A stretch of 63,430 bases of DNA, counting the filler, from Barthelona sp. PAP020 (lineage: Eukaryota): NCBI GenBank assembly GCA_040182905.1. It is 7 parts of 7 records of this genome, joined end to end, with 100 filler letters (N's around TTAATTAATTAA, not from the genome) between each part and the next. Parts side by side here need not be neighbours in the genome. Positions count along the whole stretch, not along the records: positions 1 to 9,068 come from JARQWU010000432.1; positions 9,169 to 18,206 come from JARQWU010000433.1; 5 more parts are not named here. One strand, written 5' to 3'. The notes under the pieces were generated by a model that searched no databases, had not been told where the DNA came from, and saw nothing but the letters and a program-made list of their open reading frames with translations. Shown here in pieces: positions 1 to 10,529 of the stretch. Every line of letters starts with the position of its first letter. Position 1 is the stretch's first letter. The position numbers and the translations under genes were made by a program.

Positions 1-2
1 CT

Positions 3-209
3 GCTCATGAAGAGACCAAAGTTGAAAATGTTGAGCCTGAAATTTCTGAAGCAGTTGATATGCAATTGAAAGAAGATGGAAGAAAGGAAGAAGCAGTCAA
101 AATCAGTTCTGAAGAGATGAATAGAATGAATGCTACCATTGAAGCATTGATCAAGAGAAATCAAGAATTGGAGGAGAAATTAATTCAAATCAAGCACATT
201 TTAAGTTGA
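3..209 (+). CDS. 3' end of an unknown acidic/coiled-coil protein (5'-truncated by contig edge)
   Basis: Open frame AHEETKVENVEPEISEAVDMQLKE...LEEKLIQIKHILS ends at TGA 207-209 and is followed by a T-rich 3' region. Not in the ORF track. Confidence 0.75.
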   Translation, partial: AHEETKVENVEPEISEAVDMQLKEDGRKEEAVKISSEEMNRMNATIEALIKRNQELEEKLIQIKHILS

Positions 210-385
210 AGAGAATATTTTCAGTTTCAGTTTTCAATGTTGTGTAAATGTATTTTTCTTTATTTTTCTGTGTTTATCAATGTCATGCGGTTGATTTTAT
301 TTGTTTCAAATTTTCATTCTTTGTTTTCTCAATTTGCAATTGTTAAATGAAGAAAAAGAAAAATATTTATAAAAAAAAAAATATA

Positions 386-928
386 TCACAATTCATCCAT
401 TTTATCAGCTGCCTTCTTTTTTAAATAATCAAAAGCCTTTTTGCCATATTTTTTTGTGGAATTGAATGCTTGGAAGGATTCATCAGTCATTTTTTTTCCA
501 AAATTTTTAGTTGTATCGAAAGCAGAATGAACTTTTCGACGAATTTTTTCAGTGTTTGAATTTGAATGATCATTTTGATCTCTTTTCGCATTTAGATCAT
601 CCAAATAGTCAAAAGGACAATAATTCAAGGTTTCATTCTTACACATCGCCACAAAATCATTGTACAGTGACAAAGGTAATTCTGGATATTTGGAATGAGG
701 ATATTTCTTTTCAATATCCTCTTTTTTGTTTGTATTTGATAAAATATATCTTAAAGGGCAATTTTTTATGTCATTGGTTTCACAAATTTTTAAAAATTCA
801 TCATAAGTCTCCTTTGAAAGGTTTGGAAAATTTTCATAAGGATATTTCTTTTGAATATCTTCAATTTCACAATAAATGGTTGTCAAAATTAACGTTGACA
901 ATAAAGTTAAACAAAAAATACAGTTCAT
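386..928 (-). CDS. Secreted/ER-luminal protein with two Cys-paired internal repeats and C-terminal MDEL
   Basis: Hydrophobic signal-like N-terminus. Repeats EDIQKKYPYENFPNL...ICETNDIKNCP and EDIEKKYPHSKYPEL...MCKNETLNYCP. Ends in an xDEL-like tail. Confidence 0.75.
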   Translation of the reverse strand: MNCIFCLTLLSTLILTTIYCEIEDIQKKYPYENFPNLSKETYDEFLKICETNDIKNCPLRYILSNTNKKEDIEKKYPHSKYPELPLSLYNDFVAMCKNETLNYCPFDYLDDLNAKRDQNDHSNSNTEKIRRKVHSAFDTTKNFGKKMTDESFQAFNSTKKYGKKAFDYLKKKAADKMDEL

Positions 929-1289
929 GAAGACAAGAATAGAAAAAAAAAACTTTAGAAAAACGACAAGGAATTCTGATTTTTTATTATCGAAAAATGT
1001 TGTTGCATTTTTTTGTTTTTAATTTAATTAATTAAAAATAAAACAAAACATTAAAATAAACATTCATTCATTTATCATTTGAGAGCAGAATCAAAGAAGC
1101 ATCAAAATAATATTCCAATCAAATTTTTGAACATAAACAATGCCAAACCTTTAAAAGATGATGTGGATCATTTATCTGCTTCAGACAAAAGGATATTTAT
1201 CAATTTTTCACAATCGATTGATTCAAAACTGAAGATAAACTTAAAGATTGCTTATTGTTACCTGCAGTATTGTTAAAAAGACCAACAAT

Positions 1290-1930
1290 TATGTTATAGT
1301 CAATTTTATAGGTGTTGCAACTTGTGGTGGAGACAAATGAAAGATTTCTGGATTATTTTTATCAGAATATATTTTCACTCCACTTCTAGCAAGCAAATGT
1401 TTTTTTAACAAATGGTGAAGGTTTAAACAAGAAAAACTAATCTTTGTTTAACTTGAATTCTATTTGTTCTGTTATATTGAAGCTAAAACTTGAGGGAAAA
1501 AGTGAACTCATTTCACACAAACCATCAACCGGACCAAAATGGGTTAATATTGCAACATTTTGTCGTTTGATTACATAAGGCGTATATTCGTTCCATTAGA
1601 TATCTTTGACAACAAATAGCTTGCAACAGAAAAATCTTTGACGTGATAAATGAAAAATATCTCCATCAGACATTCCAATCTTTCTAGCGAAAAGAGGAAT
1701 ACCTTCTTGATATTCAGCATCAGAGGAAAAATGAAATTCCTCAGAATTATTAACAAATTAGATTTGTTCTGTAAAACAAAGATTGAAGAAAAAAATGAGT
1801 TGTGCATAATTCATGACGTCCTTTTTCTACTTATGATGAATCAACCTGATATTCAAGACTATTCAACACATTTAAATGAGCAAACAAAAATATGCTAGCA
1901 ATTAATGGTAAAACAAGTTTTATTAAAAAA
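1290..1930 (-). pseudogene. Decayed ORF of unknown family
   Basis: The minus frame from 1754 reads VNNSEEFHFSSDAEYQEGIPLFARKIG...KDI*WNEYTPYVIKRQ...LNKD*FFLFKPSPF, with in-frame TAA (1596-1598) and TAG (1437-1439). After a shift near the homopolymer at ~1400 it reads LLARSGVKIYSDKNNPEIFHLSPPQ. A hydrophobic leader-like segment lies near 1870-1930. Confidence 0.45.
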
Positions 1931-2118
1931 TAAGAGAATTGGAGAAAAAGTCGACCAAAACACCAAAATTTAAATGCAATTTTGGAAATTTTCAATTGGG
2001 ATTGGTCTTTGATTTCAAGCAATATTTTGATTATTTTTCACATAATTGTATTTGAAAAAGTTCCAACATTTTACAAAAGGGAACAGATACTTGAAAAAAA
2101 AAAAACTTTTTTTTTGGA

Positions 2119-5100
2119 ATGAAAAATAAAAACAAAATTGACTTTAAAAATCTAACATTTAATCAAATGTCCATTGATAGTGATATTGAAAATGAGACAA
2201 ATTCGAGAATAATAGCATCAAGATTAAATGCTGAGAATGAGGAAAAAACAAAAAAGATATTTGATTTACAAGATAACGTCAAACAATTGCATATTGAAAT
2301 TCAACATTTTAATGAGGAGAAAAATACTTTGATTGAAGATCATGTGTTGAAGATAAAGAACAAGGATCAAATTATTGATGATTTAAAGAAAAAACTCAAA
2401 TTGGAGCAAGACAAAAACAATGAATTATCACAAAAAAACGATGATTATGTTCAAGATATTGAAAATTTAACTATATCTGTGAAGAAAACGAATAATGAAT
2501 TTTTGAATGAGAAAGATGAACATTTATCGACTGCAAAGACTTTAAATAAAAGAATAAGTGAGTTAATGGAACTGAATACTCAACAAAAGGATGATTTAGA
2601 TGTTTTAAAAAAAGAGTATGAAATTTTGATGAATAAATGCAAAGAAATGGAGACTGAACATGAGACTCAAGATTTTGCTAATCATCGTATCAATGAACAG
2701 ATGCAAAAAGAAAATGATTTGCTGCAAACGAATTTTAATGTTGAAATGAAGAAAAAAGATGATGTTATTTATAATTTAATGAGTTTAAAAGTTGATTTAG
2801 AGAATAGTTGTCATGATTTGGAACTTCAAATCATGGAAAAGGATGCTGCTAACGAAGATATTCATGGGAAATTGAATCAAATGGTTGAAGCATTCAGACA
2901 AAAGATAACAGAGTTGACCAATAGGTATAACAATTTGTTAAATGCACGTAATGAGGATAAATTACAGCATAAATATCTTCTTGATGAGAAAGAGAACGAA
3001 TTAAAAGAGTTGAAGTTTGATTTTGAAGAAAATTTGAAAAGGTTTAACGAATTGATGGGAAAACATGATTTGTTGGTAACTGAACATGAAACGCTTGTAA
3101 AGGATTATGATGTCTATGTGAACGATAAAGAAAAAATTCTGGAAGATTTGGCAAAGAGACTTGATTTCACTGAAAAAGAAAATAAAAATGTGAAGCTATC
3201 GTTGAATGAATCTCTTTTAGAGATTGAAGATTTGAAAGAAAGATGTATTTTATTAGAAAAGAATAATCAAGTGATAAATGAACAATCTGAAATCCGAGAA
3301 AATAAAAAACAAAGCATGATTAAAAGTTTACAAACAAAAATCAAGGAAGGTGAAAGTAAGAGTTCAGAATTCATCACTATTGAACGAGATTTGAGAGAAA
3401 AAGTTGAAAACTTGACTTCAGTCATAAATACACTTGAAGAAGAGAATGAAAAGTTGATTCAAGAAAGAGATACATTGATAACAACTAGTGATGATGAACG
3501 AAAAGATTATGAGAATCAAATTGAAAGTTTAAATCAAATTCTTGAAGAAAACAAAGGATTTATGGAGAAGAAAAATTCATTAATTGTGGAATTGAATATT
3601 CAAAAGAAGTCATTGGAAGAGGATTGTGATTCTTTAAAGTTGGATATTGATACTTTAAAGGAAAATCAAGAAAAATGGAAAAGTAATTGGAATGTAATAA
3701 ATAAAGAGTTACAAGAAGAAATTCAAGAAAAAAAAATTATTATTCGTGATTTAGAGGAGAGTTTTGAAAATGTTTGTAAAGAATTGGAAGAACGTGGTGA
3801 AAGTATTGTTGAATTGAAAAATAATTTGGAGAAAGAAAAGGAAGGAAGGATTTATGATTTAGAAGATTTGAATTGTCAGATTAAAGAATATGCTTTAAAG
3901 GAAAGTAATTTAGAGAATGAAAAGACAATGAATTTATCGAAGATTGATGAATTATTGAAAGAATTAAAAGATTTGAGAGAAGAGAAAGAATTGATGATTG
4001 ATAATTACACAAGAGAGAATGAAAATCTTACATTAGATATAAATAGTGCTAATAAACAAATCAATGAATTGAATGAGCTTTGTAAAAATTATGAAACAAA
4101 AATTATATCATTAGAAAATGAAATTTTACTTGAAAAAGAAAAATTTGATAAAGATTTCAGTGAATATATAAAAGAAAAAGAAGAAGAAATCATTAATAAT
4201 GAAGAAATCATTAAAAATTTGAATGAAACAATTTTCAATTTAACTAAAGATTTAAATGATAGTTATAGAAATAATGAAGAATTAACCATTGAATTAAGTG
4301 AATTAAAAGAAAATTCCAGAACTTTTTATGAAAAATTCACAAGACAAACTTATGAAATGATTGAAGAATTAAAGAATTCAAGAGGATATATTGAACATAT
4401 TGAAAGATTATATCATATTTTAAGGACAGAAAATGAAAAGATTCAAAAAGAATATTATTCAATCAAAGAAGAACATTTTAGAGAAATAAATGAATCACTT
4501 GATATGAATCATAGATTAGAACAAGAAAAGAAAGAATTATTTGAACAATTGATGATATTAAAGAAAGAATTAGAAACAATAGAAGAAACTATTCATACTT
4601 ATAAAGTACGAGAACAAAGTTTAATGAAAAAAAATAAATTTTTGGAAGAAAATAATACTCGTTTAACTGAACAATTGAATAATTTATTCAAAAGATTTGA
4701 AGAAGAACATAAAGAAGAAATTCAAGGATTTATTGATTCAATAGAAAGTAAAGAAAGCTTGATACATAATTTAGAAGAAGAGAATTCAACTTTTAAAAGT
4801 AAATTTGATGAATTAACAATGTTTAAGCATGAATTGATAAATGAGAAGAAAGAATTAACTATTTTAATGAATAATGAAAAGGCCTATTATGTATTAGAAA
4901 TAGCCAAATTAAAAGAAGAGAAAAATAGATTTGAGTTAGAAATAACGAAATTAAAAGAAGAATTAGAGATTATACAAAAGAAACTTGAAGTTGAAAGGGA
5001 AGATAGAAAACAATTAAAGCGTAATTTAAGTGAAAAAGAAGTAAATATGAATAATTTGGAAGATTTCTTAAAAACTAAACATTTAGCAGATGAAACAAAA

Positions 5101-6258
5101 TTGAAGAATGAAATATTGGATATAAAACGTAGTAAGGATGATATGTTTACTAGATTAACTGAAAGAAATGAAAAAATATTCGAAATACAACAATCATTAA
5201 CACAAAAAGATAACCAAATTTTTGAATTAAATAATGAACTGAATGAACTTAAAAATCATTTTAAAGATCAAGATAAATATTTACAAGAACAAAAAGAACT
5301 ATTGAAACATGATTTTGAACAAAGAATTTCAAATTTTGAAAATGTTAAAAATAATGAAATCAGTCAAATTAATGATACCCATGTCAACACAATTGAACAA
5401 CAAATTCTTACTATTGAAGAAAAAAATACCCAAATTGATATTTTAAAAATTGAAAATGATAAATTGGTTAAAGATATGTTTGAACTGAAAAACTCTTTTG
5501 AAGAAAATTTAGATAAACAAAAACAAACATTTGAACAAGATATTAAAGAATTAAAAGAATCATTCGATGATGAAAAAAATATATTTGTCAAAGAAAGTCA
5601 AGATTTGATTGATTCTTTCAAAACTTCTTTAGAAAAGAAGGATATTGAAATAATTGAACTGCAAAAAGAATTGATTACCTTGAAACAAACTTTTGATAGA
5701 GAATTTCAAAATAATGTCAAGGAAAGTGATGTAGAATCAAATAGAAAGCAACATATTATTGATGAATTGACAGAAAAAGTCCATAACATTGAAAATTCAC
5801 TGATTGAAAAGAATAATCAATTGAAAATTCTAACTGACGAATATAATTGCACAAATAGATCACAATTAAAGTTAATTGAAGATCTTAAACTTCAAATTAT
5901 TGATCGTAACAACAAACTTAAAATGCATCAACAATATATTAGAAATATGGACAATCAAAGCAGATCGAATGAAGGATTTTCTTCCATGTTCGATAATTCA
6001 AGATTTTTGAAAACAACAACACCTTTCAGAAATTCAAGTCAACATCTTAATTCTTCAACTCCAGCAATGGAAACCATGACTATGGGAAGTACTATCGAAA
6101 CTGTAGACCAAGCTGATCTGAAAAGTACAAATGCTAAATTAATCAAAAGAGTTGATGTTTTACAAAGAAAATGTATCACTTTAAACAGAATGGTTAATCA
6201 TTTGAAAGGAAATACTCCTATTATGTCAACAGGATCTTTATCGTTGGATGAATTATAA
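2119..6258 (+). CDS. Long coiled-coil protein (1379 aa)
   Basis: Uninterrupted 4.1-kb ORF with E/K/N/L-rich heptad composition. No specific family recognised. Confidence 0.9.
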   Translation: MKNKNKIDFKNLTFNQMSIDSDIENETNSRIIASRLNAENEEKTKKIFDLQDNVKQLHIEIQHFNEEKNTLIEDHVLKIKNKDQIIDDLKKKLKLEQDKNNELSQKNDDYVQDIENLTISVKKTNNEFLNEKDEHLSTAKTLNKRISELMELNTQQKDDLDVLKKEYEILMNKCKEMETEHETQDFANHRINEQMQKENDLLQTNFNVEMKKKDDVIYNLMSLKVDLENSCHDLELQIMEKDAANEDIHGKLNQMVEAFRQKITELTNRYNNLLNARNEDKLQHKYLLDEKENELKELKFDFEENLKRFNELMGKHDLLVTEHETLVKDYDVYVNDKEKILEDLAKRLDFTEKENKNVKLSLNESLLEIEDLKERCILLEKNNQVINEQSEIRENKKQSMIKSLQTKIKEGESKSSEFITIERDLREKVENLTSVINTLEEENEKLIQERDTLITTSDDERKDYENQIESLNQILEENKGFMEKKNSLIVELNIQKKSLEEDCDSLKLDIDTLKENQEKWKSNWNVINKELQEEIQEKKIIIRDLEESFENVCKELEERGESIVELKNNLEKEKEGRIYDLEDLNCQIKEYALKESNLENEKTMNLSKIDELLKELKDLREEKELMIDNYTRENENLTLDINSANKQINELNELCKNYETKIISLENEILLEKEKFDKDFSEYIKEKEEEIINNEEIIKNLNETIFNLTKDLNDSYRNNEELTIELSELKENSRTFYEKFTRQTYEMIEELKNSRGYIEHIERLYHILRTENEKIQKEYYSIKEEHFREINESLDMNHRLEQEKKELFEQLMILKKELETIEETIHTYKVREQSLMKKNKFLEENNTRLTEQLNNLFKRFEEEHKEEIQGFIDSIESKESLIHNLEEENSTFKSKFDELTMFKHELINEKKELTILMNNEKAYYVLEIAKLKEEKNRFELEITKLKEELEIIQKKLEVEREDRKQLKRNLSEKEVNMNNLEDFLKTKHLADETKLKNEILDIKRSKDDMFTRLTERNEKIFEIQQSLTQKDNQIFELNNELNELKNHFKDQDKYLQEQKELLKHDFEQRISNFENVKNNEISQINDTHVNTIEQQILTIEEKNTQIDILKIENDKLVKDMFELKNSFEENLDKQKQTFEQDIKELKESFDDEKNIFVKESQDLIDSFKTSLEKKDIEIIELQKELITLKQTFDREFQNNVKESDVESNRKQHIIDELTEKVHNIENSLIEKNNQLKILTDEYNCTNRSQLKLIEDLKLQIIDRNNKLKMHQQYIRNMDNQSRSNEGFSSMFDNSRFLKTTTPFRNSSQHLNSSTPAMETMTMGSTIETVDQADLKSTNAKLIKRVDVLQRKCITLNRMVNHLKGNTPIMSTGSLSLDEL

Positions 6259-6641
6259 TTTTTTCCTTCATTATAAAGTGTAGATTGTAAATTGTTTTGA
6301 ATTTTATTTGTTACCAACACCAACTTTTAACTTTTGCAAACGACGCAATAAAAAGAAAGGGTTTTAGAAAGTTTAAAAAGAGCTATTGACTTAAAATTCA
6401 TATCCTACTTAAATATGAAAGTTCTTCTTTTCAAATATCTACAAAATAACCTAACAAATGCAATTTGAAAGAATATGAACTTAAATTATTCAAAAGGTGA
6501 TTCTTCTTCATGTTGTCGAACTCTATAAGGAAAAAGAAAAAGAATTTCTAATTTACTTGGTGTGTTGCAATATATTTCAAAATAAATGAAATAAAATTGC
6601 AGAAAAAAGACTACAATTAACATTAAATAAATAAAAAGACC

Positions 6642-7736
6642 TCATTCATTGTTGCTATTGCTAGTGATGTCGTTAATCAATCTGTTAAAGTCTCCAACAT
6701 CTATCGTAACGATCAATTGGCTTCTTACATTTGTTTGAGGTATTGTTTGTGAAACAAATGGAGGTTCAACTTCATTCAACACCATTTGTCGTAGTTGATT
6801 AACATTGACAATATCCAAAGGTGTTGTAGGTCTTGTGAGACTTTGTGGTAATTCATTAATATCTGGGTTAGTGTTTAAAGGAGGTAACAGAAAAAAGTCA
6901 TCATTCAACTGTTCTAGAACATTATCATAATGAATATCTTCATTTTCTTGAGACATAAAAATTGTATCAGGTCCAGAATCATCATCCATATATGAGGGTT
7001 GTTGATTTTTATCTGTTGCATTCTGAATATCATAAAAACATTGAATAAACATTGAATCTTTTAATAACTGAAGAATTGGATCAATATTAAAGAATTTTGG
7101 AGAATCTTTCAACTCATTAAAATTTAAATAGGACATTAGTAGATAAAAGTCCAATTGTTTTTTCAAATTTTTCAATTTTGAAAAAATGAACATCAGTTTG
7201 GGTGAAATTGAGTAATTTGCAACACTTTCATCGAATATTTCAGGCAAATCTTTAACTATAAACATTTCACAAGTTTGAACTAATTCAACGTGATAGTCAT
7301 CAACATAATCCTTGAAATATTTTGAAAAATCATTTCTAATTTGATAATGGGATTCATTTATAAAATTTTCCAATTTACCAATTCTCAATCTTTCATAAAA
7401 CGATAATATCTCTATCCAAAACAACATATCTTTATTCTTTTGAAAAAAAATCGAAAATTTGTCATTTATTTTTTTAATCAATCGATCTTTTTCACAATTT
7501 ATTAATAAAACTTCACACTCTTTTCTGAATTCAATTGAATTAAACCATTCTACATCAAGTATTTCATAATACTTTCTTTGTAATAAATTTGCAGTCTTTG
7601 TATATTTGTGTAAACAACAATAAAAATATACAATAGGTACAATCTTCATTTGACAACTTCCATCTATTTTTTCATTTTCAATAATTTTGGTTGATTCAAA
7701 GAATTCAAAATATTCATATAATTCCTTTTCATTCAT
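6642..7736 (-). CDS. Hypothetical protein, possible LisH-like motif near N-terminus
   Basis: 364-aa ORF. IVYFYCCLHKYTKTANLL loosely resembles LisH. Confidence 0.75.
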   Translation of the reverse strand: MNEKELYEYFEFFESTKIIENEKIDGSCQMKIVPIVYFYCCLHKYTKTANLLQRKYYEILDVEWFNSIEFRKECEVLLINCEKDRLIKKINDKFSIFFQKNKDMLFWIEILSFYERLRIGKLENFINESHYQIRNDFSKYFKDYVDDYHVELVQTCEMFIVKDLPEIFDESVANYSISPKLMFIFSKLKNLKKQLDFYLLMSYLNFNELKDSPKFFNIDPILQLLKDSMFIQCFYDIQNATDKNQQPSYMDDDSGPDTIFMSQENEDIHYDNVLEQLNDDFFLLPPLNTNPDINELPQSLTRPTTPLDIVNVNQLRQMVLNEVEPPFVSQTIPQTNVRSQLIVTIDVGDFNRLINDITSNSNNE

Positions 7737-7957
7737 TTAAAATCAATTTGTGATAAATATAGTCGTTTTATTTTTTTACGAACATCAATATTTCACTTCG
7801 CAAATTATTACCAAATAATCTGGCATATAATGTCGAAAAATAGTTTGATATCATCTGTTTCAGTTTAATATTAAAATCAATTCTAACATCTACCATAAAA
7901 ACAATAACAATAAAAAAATATTTACAACTATCATTTTTACATCATCTTGAATTTTCT

Positions 7958-8544
7958 TTACACGGAAGGTAGATGCAAAAAATTTAATAAATTATCTTGA
8001 CAAGAGACCATTTGATAAAATTCTTGATAATCTATCAAACCATTGTTGTCTGTGTCAATCGAACTAATTGTTGAATTTATCAAACAATCAAGAACCTCAT
8101 TTGAAAGTTGAATGCCCGTCTGATTGACTGATGCAAGCAGCATATCTCTCAAATCATTTGAAGAAATAAACCCATCCGAATTTGTGTCAAATAATTCAAA
8201 TGAAAAACGAATTTTAGCCTCTATCGATGCAGCATCAGACAATTGAGAAAGTCCAACGATAAATTCTCTTACATCAACTGTTCCATCGTTATCAGAATCG
8301 AACAAAGAAAAAATTCTGTCGGTTAATAATGTGTCACCCAATCCAAATATTTCTCTAAACTTAATTTTATCTATTTCTGTTTCACCATTCGAACATTTTT
8401 CTTCGAATTTTCGTTTTAAATCAGTAACCTGTTCAATATTAACTAAAAATTAGTCTAAAACGCTTACTTTAAATAATTACAGTGTGTACTTGATGAAATA
8501 TCTTGAATATCAGCTTCTTCAGCTTTTGAAGGACTGATTCCCAT
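7958..8544 (-). CDS. Calcineurin B-like EF-hand protein; exons 8481-8544 and 7958-8442 (182 aa)
   Basis: EF-hands DSDNDGTVDVRE, DTNSDGFISSND, DTDNNGLIDYQE. Removing intron 8443-8480 restores the N-terminus MGISPSKAEEADIQDISSSTHFNIEQVTDLKRKF, with a myristoylation-type MG start. Confidence 0.9.
8443..8480 (-). other. 38-nt spliceosomal intron
   Basis: GTAATT...GACTAATTTTTAG. Removal joins the ATG exon in frame to the EF-hand ORF. Confidence 0.88.
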
Positions 8545-8838
8545 ATAAAAAAAATGAGAAATTGTTTGAACAAATTTTATTTATAATGCTAGCACAAACA
8601 AATATCATTTTTTTCATATTTAACTGGCTAAGAAGAATTGAAGTAGATGTTCTTTTGAGAAAGAGTAAACAACAGCAAATGCTTCTTTTTTTTTAAATCA
8701 AAAAGAATAAATTTCTTTGGAATAGATTTTTATGATATTTTATCTTATTTTGGAGAAAAATTTAAGAAGCTAGAGGCTCAAAAAATCACATTTCCCTCTT
8801 ATCATTTTACTGTTTTCATTTATTTTTTTTTCAATTGT

Positions 8839-9068
8839 ATGTCCGATTATTCATTTTCTTTAACTACATTTTCTCCTTCAGGAAAATTAGGCCAACTCGA
8901 TAATGCTATGGCTGCCGTTGCGAGTGGTCATTGCTCCATTGGAATTAGGGGTATATATTGATATTTTTAACTTGTAAAACTAATGATTAGCTGTTGATGG
9001 TGTTGTTGTTGCTTCAGAGAGAAAAATTGGTACCCTTTTAATTGAACCTGAATCGATTAAGAATGTTG
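8839..9068 (+). CDS. PSMA2: Proteasome subunit alpha-2 (3'-truncated); exons 8839-8950 and 8991->9068
   Basis: [49 protein letters not shown] is the alpha-2 N-terminal signature. Absent from the ORF track. Confidence 0.92.
8951..8990 (+). other. 40-nt spliceosomal intron
   Basis: GTATAT...AACTAATGATTAG. Removal restores the conserved [15 protein letters not shown]. Confidence 0.92.
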
Positions 9069-9168
9069 NNNNNNNNNNNNNNNNNNNNNNNNNNNNNNNN
9101 NNNNNNNNNNNNTTAATTAATTAANNNNNNNNNNNNNNNNNNNNNNNNNNNNNNNNNNNNNNNNNNNN
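9069..9168. other. Artificial contig linker
   Basis: N44-TTAATTAATTAA-N44 (stops in all six frames). Confidence 0.99.
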
Positions 9169-9176
9169 ATGAATTT

Positions 9177-10448
9177 ATGCAAGTTGACATGGATGTTGTT
9201 CTATACAATACAGCTAATGGTGGAAATATGCTCGAATTTTTCTCACCTAAACCTTTACTCCAATATTTCCTTGAATTCAATGAATCAAATCCTCAAGAAG
9301 CAGATGAATTTGCTTGCAATCATTTAAACTTGCTTTTAGAAAATCAAAACCCGAAGAACATGCTACTTTTAACAAAGATGTATCCTGCATATGCCAAATC
9401 CCTCTTCAATAAACAAGAAGGAGAATTTTTTGTCAATAAACTTGTTGATTATTCAAAAAATGCTCAAAATGTTGTTTCATCTGTGATTTCTACCTCCAAC
9501 CAACAAGAAGCTTGCAGCACTATTCTATTATTATTAAAACGTGGGATTTGGATTTGTTATGATGAGTATGTTTTGATAAAAGACATTTTAGATGATGAAA
9601 TATGTGAGATAAGCTTCAAGAATGGTGGAAACATCAGACAAATTCAATTTCCTTACTTTCATTGGGTTTTTACACTTGACGGATTTTCGTTTTCTAATTT
9701 GATGAAATTGACACCAAATAAACACCCTGAAGAACTCAGCAACTTGTTTGATTTCATGGTTGAACACAAAAATCTATTGTCTCAAATCAGTGGTGCAGAA
9801 CTATGCGACTTTTTAGAAGCCTATCCAACTTTCACTGGGCTTCTATTTGAAAAAATTGTTCCACACTTGTCTAAAATATCCCGATTAATCTTCCTTGAAC
9901 TTTTGCCTAAATGTGTAATTTTTGAATATTCTGCCATTGTAAAACCGTTCTCTCAAAAGATTGAAATGATTTGTGATTTGAATGAAGAAAATAAACGACA
10001 AAATATGCATATTGATTCACTTATGGAGGAAAATAAACAACAGAACGTTTTAATTGGCAACCTCTCAACACAACTTGACGAGTTACGTCGGTTGTTGCTC
10101 CGCTCGTTCAATGCCAATCAAAAAACGTGAACATTCAAAATCTGCAAATCGATGAGCTAAATCAAGAGCCATTCAAAGACAACATTGTTGAAGAACTTTA
10201 GACCCAACTTAAGGCTACCCTATCATGGGCTAATCAACAGAATTCAATTTTAAATACTTGGGCTCAAACCCAGATCTGTTTATCGTGACAACTTTGATGA
10301 ATTCATTGACCTTTCCATCAAAATGTATATCTCCAAATATCAATCGATCGCTGAAACAATGAGAAATGCTTTTTTGGAATTCTCTGTCTTGGCCACAGAT
10401 TTAGCAGTATGTAGCTTTGAAGATCTGATGGCTTTGTGCGTGGTGTAA
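9177..10448 (+). pseudogene. Hypothetical gene (ORF 9177-10130, probably 5'-truncated) with a frameshifted, decayed C-terminal continuation
   Basis: The 317-aa ORF stops just after an A6 run (10120-10125). Another frame continues NVNIQNLQIDELNQEPF..., echoing the in-ORF NVLIGNLSTQLDEL. Then come a TAG and a further shift to LGLKPRSVYRDNFDEFIDL...LMALCVV*. Confidence 0.55.
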
Positions 10449-10529
10449 ATTGTTTTTTTTGTCACTAATTTCTTTTTCATCAGCAGAAGGCGATTTCCAA
10501 GGTCATAACTTTCTCATTTATTAAACGAT

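Noticed and set aside
6244..6258. C-terminal LDEL on the coiled-coil protein as an ER-retention signal
   Set aside because: The protein has no signal peptide, so this is probably coincidental.
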